A DNA stretch of 64,000 nt, taken from contig JBOGVZ010000047.1 in NCBI GenBank assembly GCA_050692985.1, positions 76,533 to 140,532 on the forward strand, in the 5' to 3' direction. Both the position numbers and the translations under genes were made by a program. Under the pieces are notes generated by a model that had not been told where the DNA came from, did not search any database, and saw nothing but the letters and a program-made list of their open reading frames with translations. The stretch comes from Actinomycetota bacterium (GTDB lineage: Bacteria > Actinomycetota > UBA4738 > CALAEC01). Shown here piece after piece: positions 63,400 to 64,000 of the stretch; position 1 is the stretch's first letter; the number at the start of each line of letters is the position of its first letter.

Positions 63400-63951
63400 C
63401 TACGGCTGGGGCAGCATCCCGAAGGACTCCGGCGTGAGCAGGAACACGTCCTCGGTCTGTGCACCCTCCGAGCTGCCGGTCCCGGGCTCATCGTTCTGGT
63501 TGAAGAACGTGATCTCCAGGTGAGCGTCCTGGGGACCGCCGAGCCAGTTGTGGACCAGGACCCGGTAGTGGCCCGGGGGCAGCCGCCCGGCCGTCAGCAG
63601 CTCGTGGTCCAGCGGCTCGTTCGTGGCCTGGGTGAGGGTCTCCCACCCACCACCCTCGGCCGCCCGCTGGAGGAACAGGTCCAGGTCGGCGGCGATCGTG
63701 GGGGTGGCCAGCACCTCCACCCGGGCGTTGTCGAAGCCCTCCTCCGAGTCGAACTCGAACCCGGCGGCGGTGATGGGCTCCACCCGCTGTCCCAGTCCGG
63801 GAGCGGGAACCAGGACGTTCCCCTCGATCGGGCCCTGAGCGGGCCCCAGCGGGAAGTCCACCCGGTTCTCGAACACCTGCACGTCCTGGCGGAGCAGGAA
63901 CCTCGAGAGGGACGGCAGATCGTACGTCGTGGCCTCCGGGCCGGTGAACAC
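63400..63951 (-). CDS. Hypothetical protein (may extend upstream beyond the listed Met toward the window end)
   Basis: ORF with a coding-like composition (…YRVLVHNWLGGPQDAHLEITFFNQNDEPG…). I recognise no family. Confidence 0.4.
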   Translation of the reverse strand: MFTGPEATTYDLPSLSRFLLRQDVQVFENRVDFPLGPAQGPIEGNVLVPAPGLGQRVEPITAAGFEFDSEEGFDNARVEVLATPTIAADLDLFLQRAAEGGGWETLTQATNEPLDHELLTAGRLPPGHYRVLVHNWLGGPQDAHLEITFFNQNDEPGTGSSEGAQTEDVFLLTPESFGMLPQP

Positions 63952-64000
63952 GGTGATTCTCGGCTGGGGACCGAATGGGGCGTGGTGGGAGGGCTCGGAC

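Noticed and set aside
1-64000. CRISPR arrays, IS elements or transposases, and prophage genes.
   Set aside because: No regularly spaced direct repeats with unique spacers, no transposase- or integrase-like translations, and no phage structural genes were seen in any frame.

Overview
High-GC (~70%+) window with actinobacterial-type coding style. It is gene-dense: about 60 protein genes plus a tRNA-Ser(GCT)/tRNA-Arg(ACG) pair. I see no CRISPR array, transposase or prophage block. All gene calls rest on motifs I recognise in the supplied six-frame translations. Many long arginine/glycine/proline-rich ORFs on antisense frames are GC artefacts and are not annotated. Main content: (1) a cAMP-signalling neighbourhood at 3.8-18.3 kb with three class III adenylate cyclases (one a frameshifted pseudogene), a CYTH protein, a Hanks Ser/Thr kinase and an LCP protein. 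(2) A minus-strand gene string at 19.8-26.2 kb: SCP2/alpha-beta hydrolase, acyl-CoA ligase, rhodanese-CBS, Zn-ribbon, secreted hydrolase and amine oxidase. (3) NHEJ accessory genes (LigD phosphoesterase and polymerase domains as separate genes), thiE, and a cupredoxin/PQQ-dehydrogenase pair. (4) A cyanophycin locus cphB-cphA plus an FMN-dependent alpha-hydroxy-acid oxidase, with a second CphA-like protein that keeps the N and Mur-ligase domains but lacks the ATP-grasp domain. The most unusual sequence-level signal is a family of ~73-nt GC-rich hairpin repeats (core CACTGGGGGG-TTCGCTCGCC, a variable ~27-nt loop, then GGCGAGCTA-CCCCCCC-GGACCCCCC). There are four to five full copies and one 15-nt fragment, all at gene boundaries; two copies donate the stop codon of the adjacent gene. 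Other anomalies: two convergent genes (ArsA-like ATPase and CrtI-like oxidoreductase) both 3'-truncated and abutting at nt ~2706; a cyclase-ATPase-TPR gene carrying two compensating frameshifts; a rhodanese-CBS gene with an in-frame TGA in its active-site loop; and two cyclase genes that appear to start at CTG behind strong Shine-Dalgarno motifs. Coordinates of starts are approximate (a few nt) where no ATG/GTG is available.
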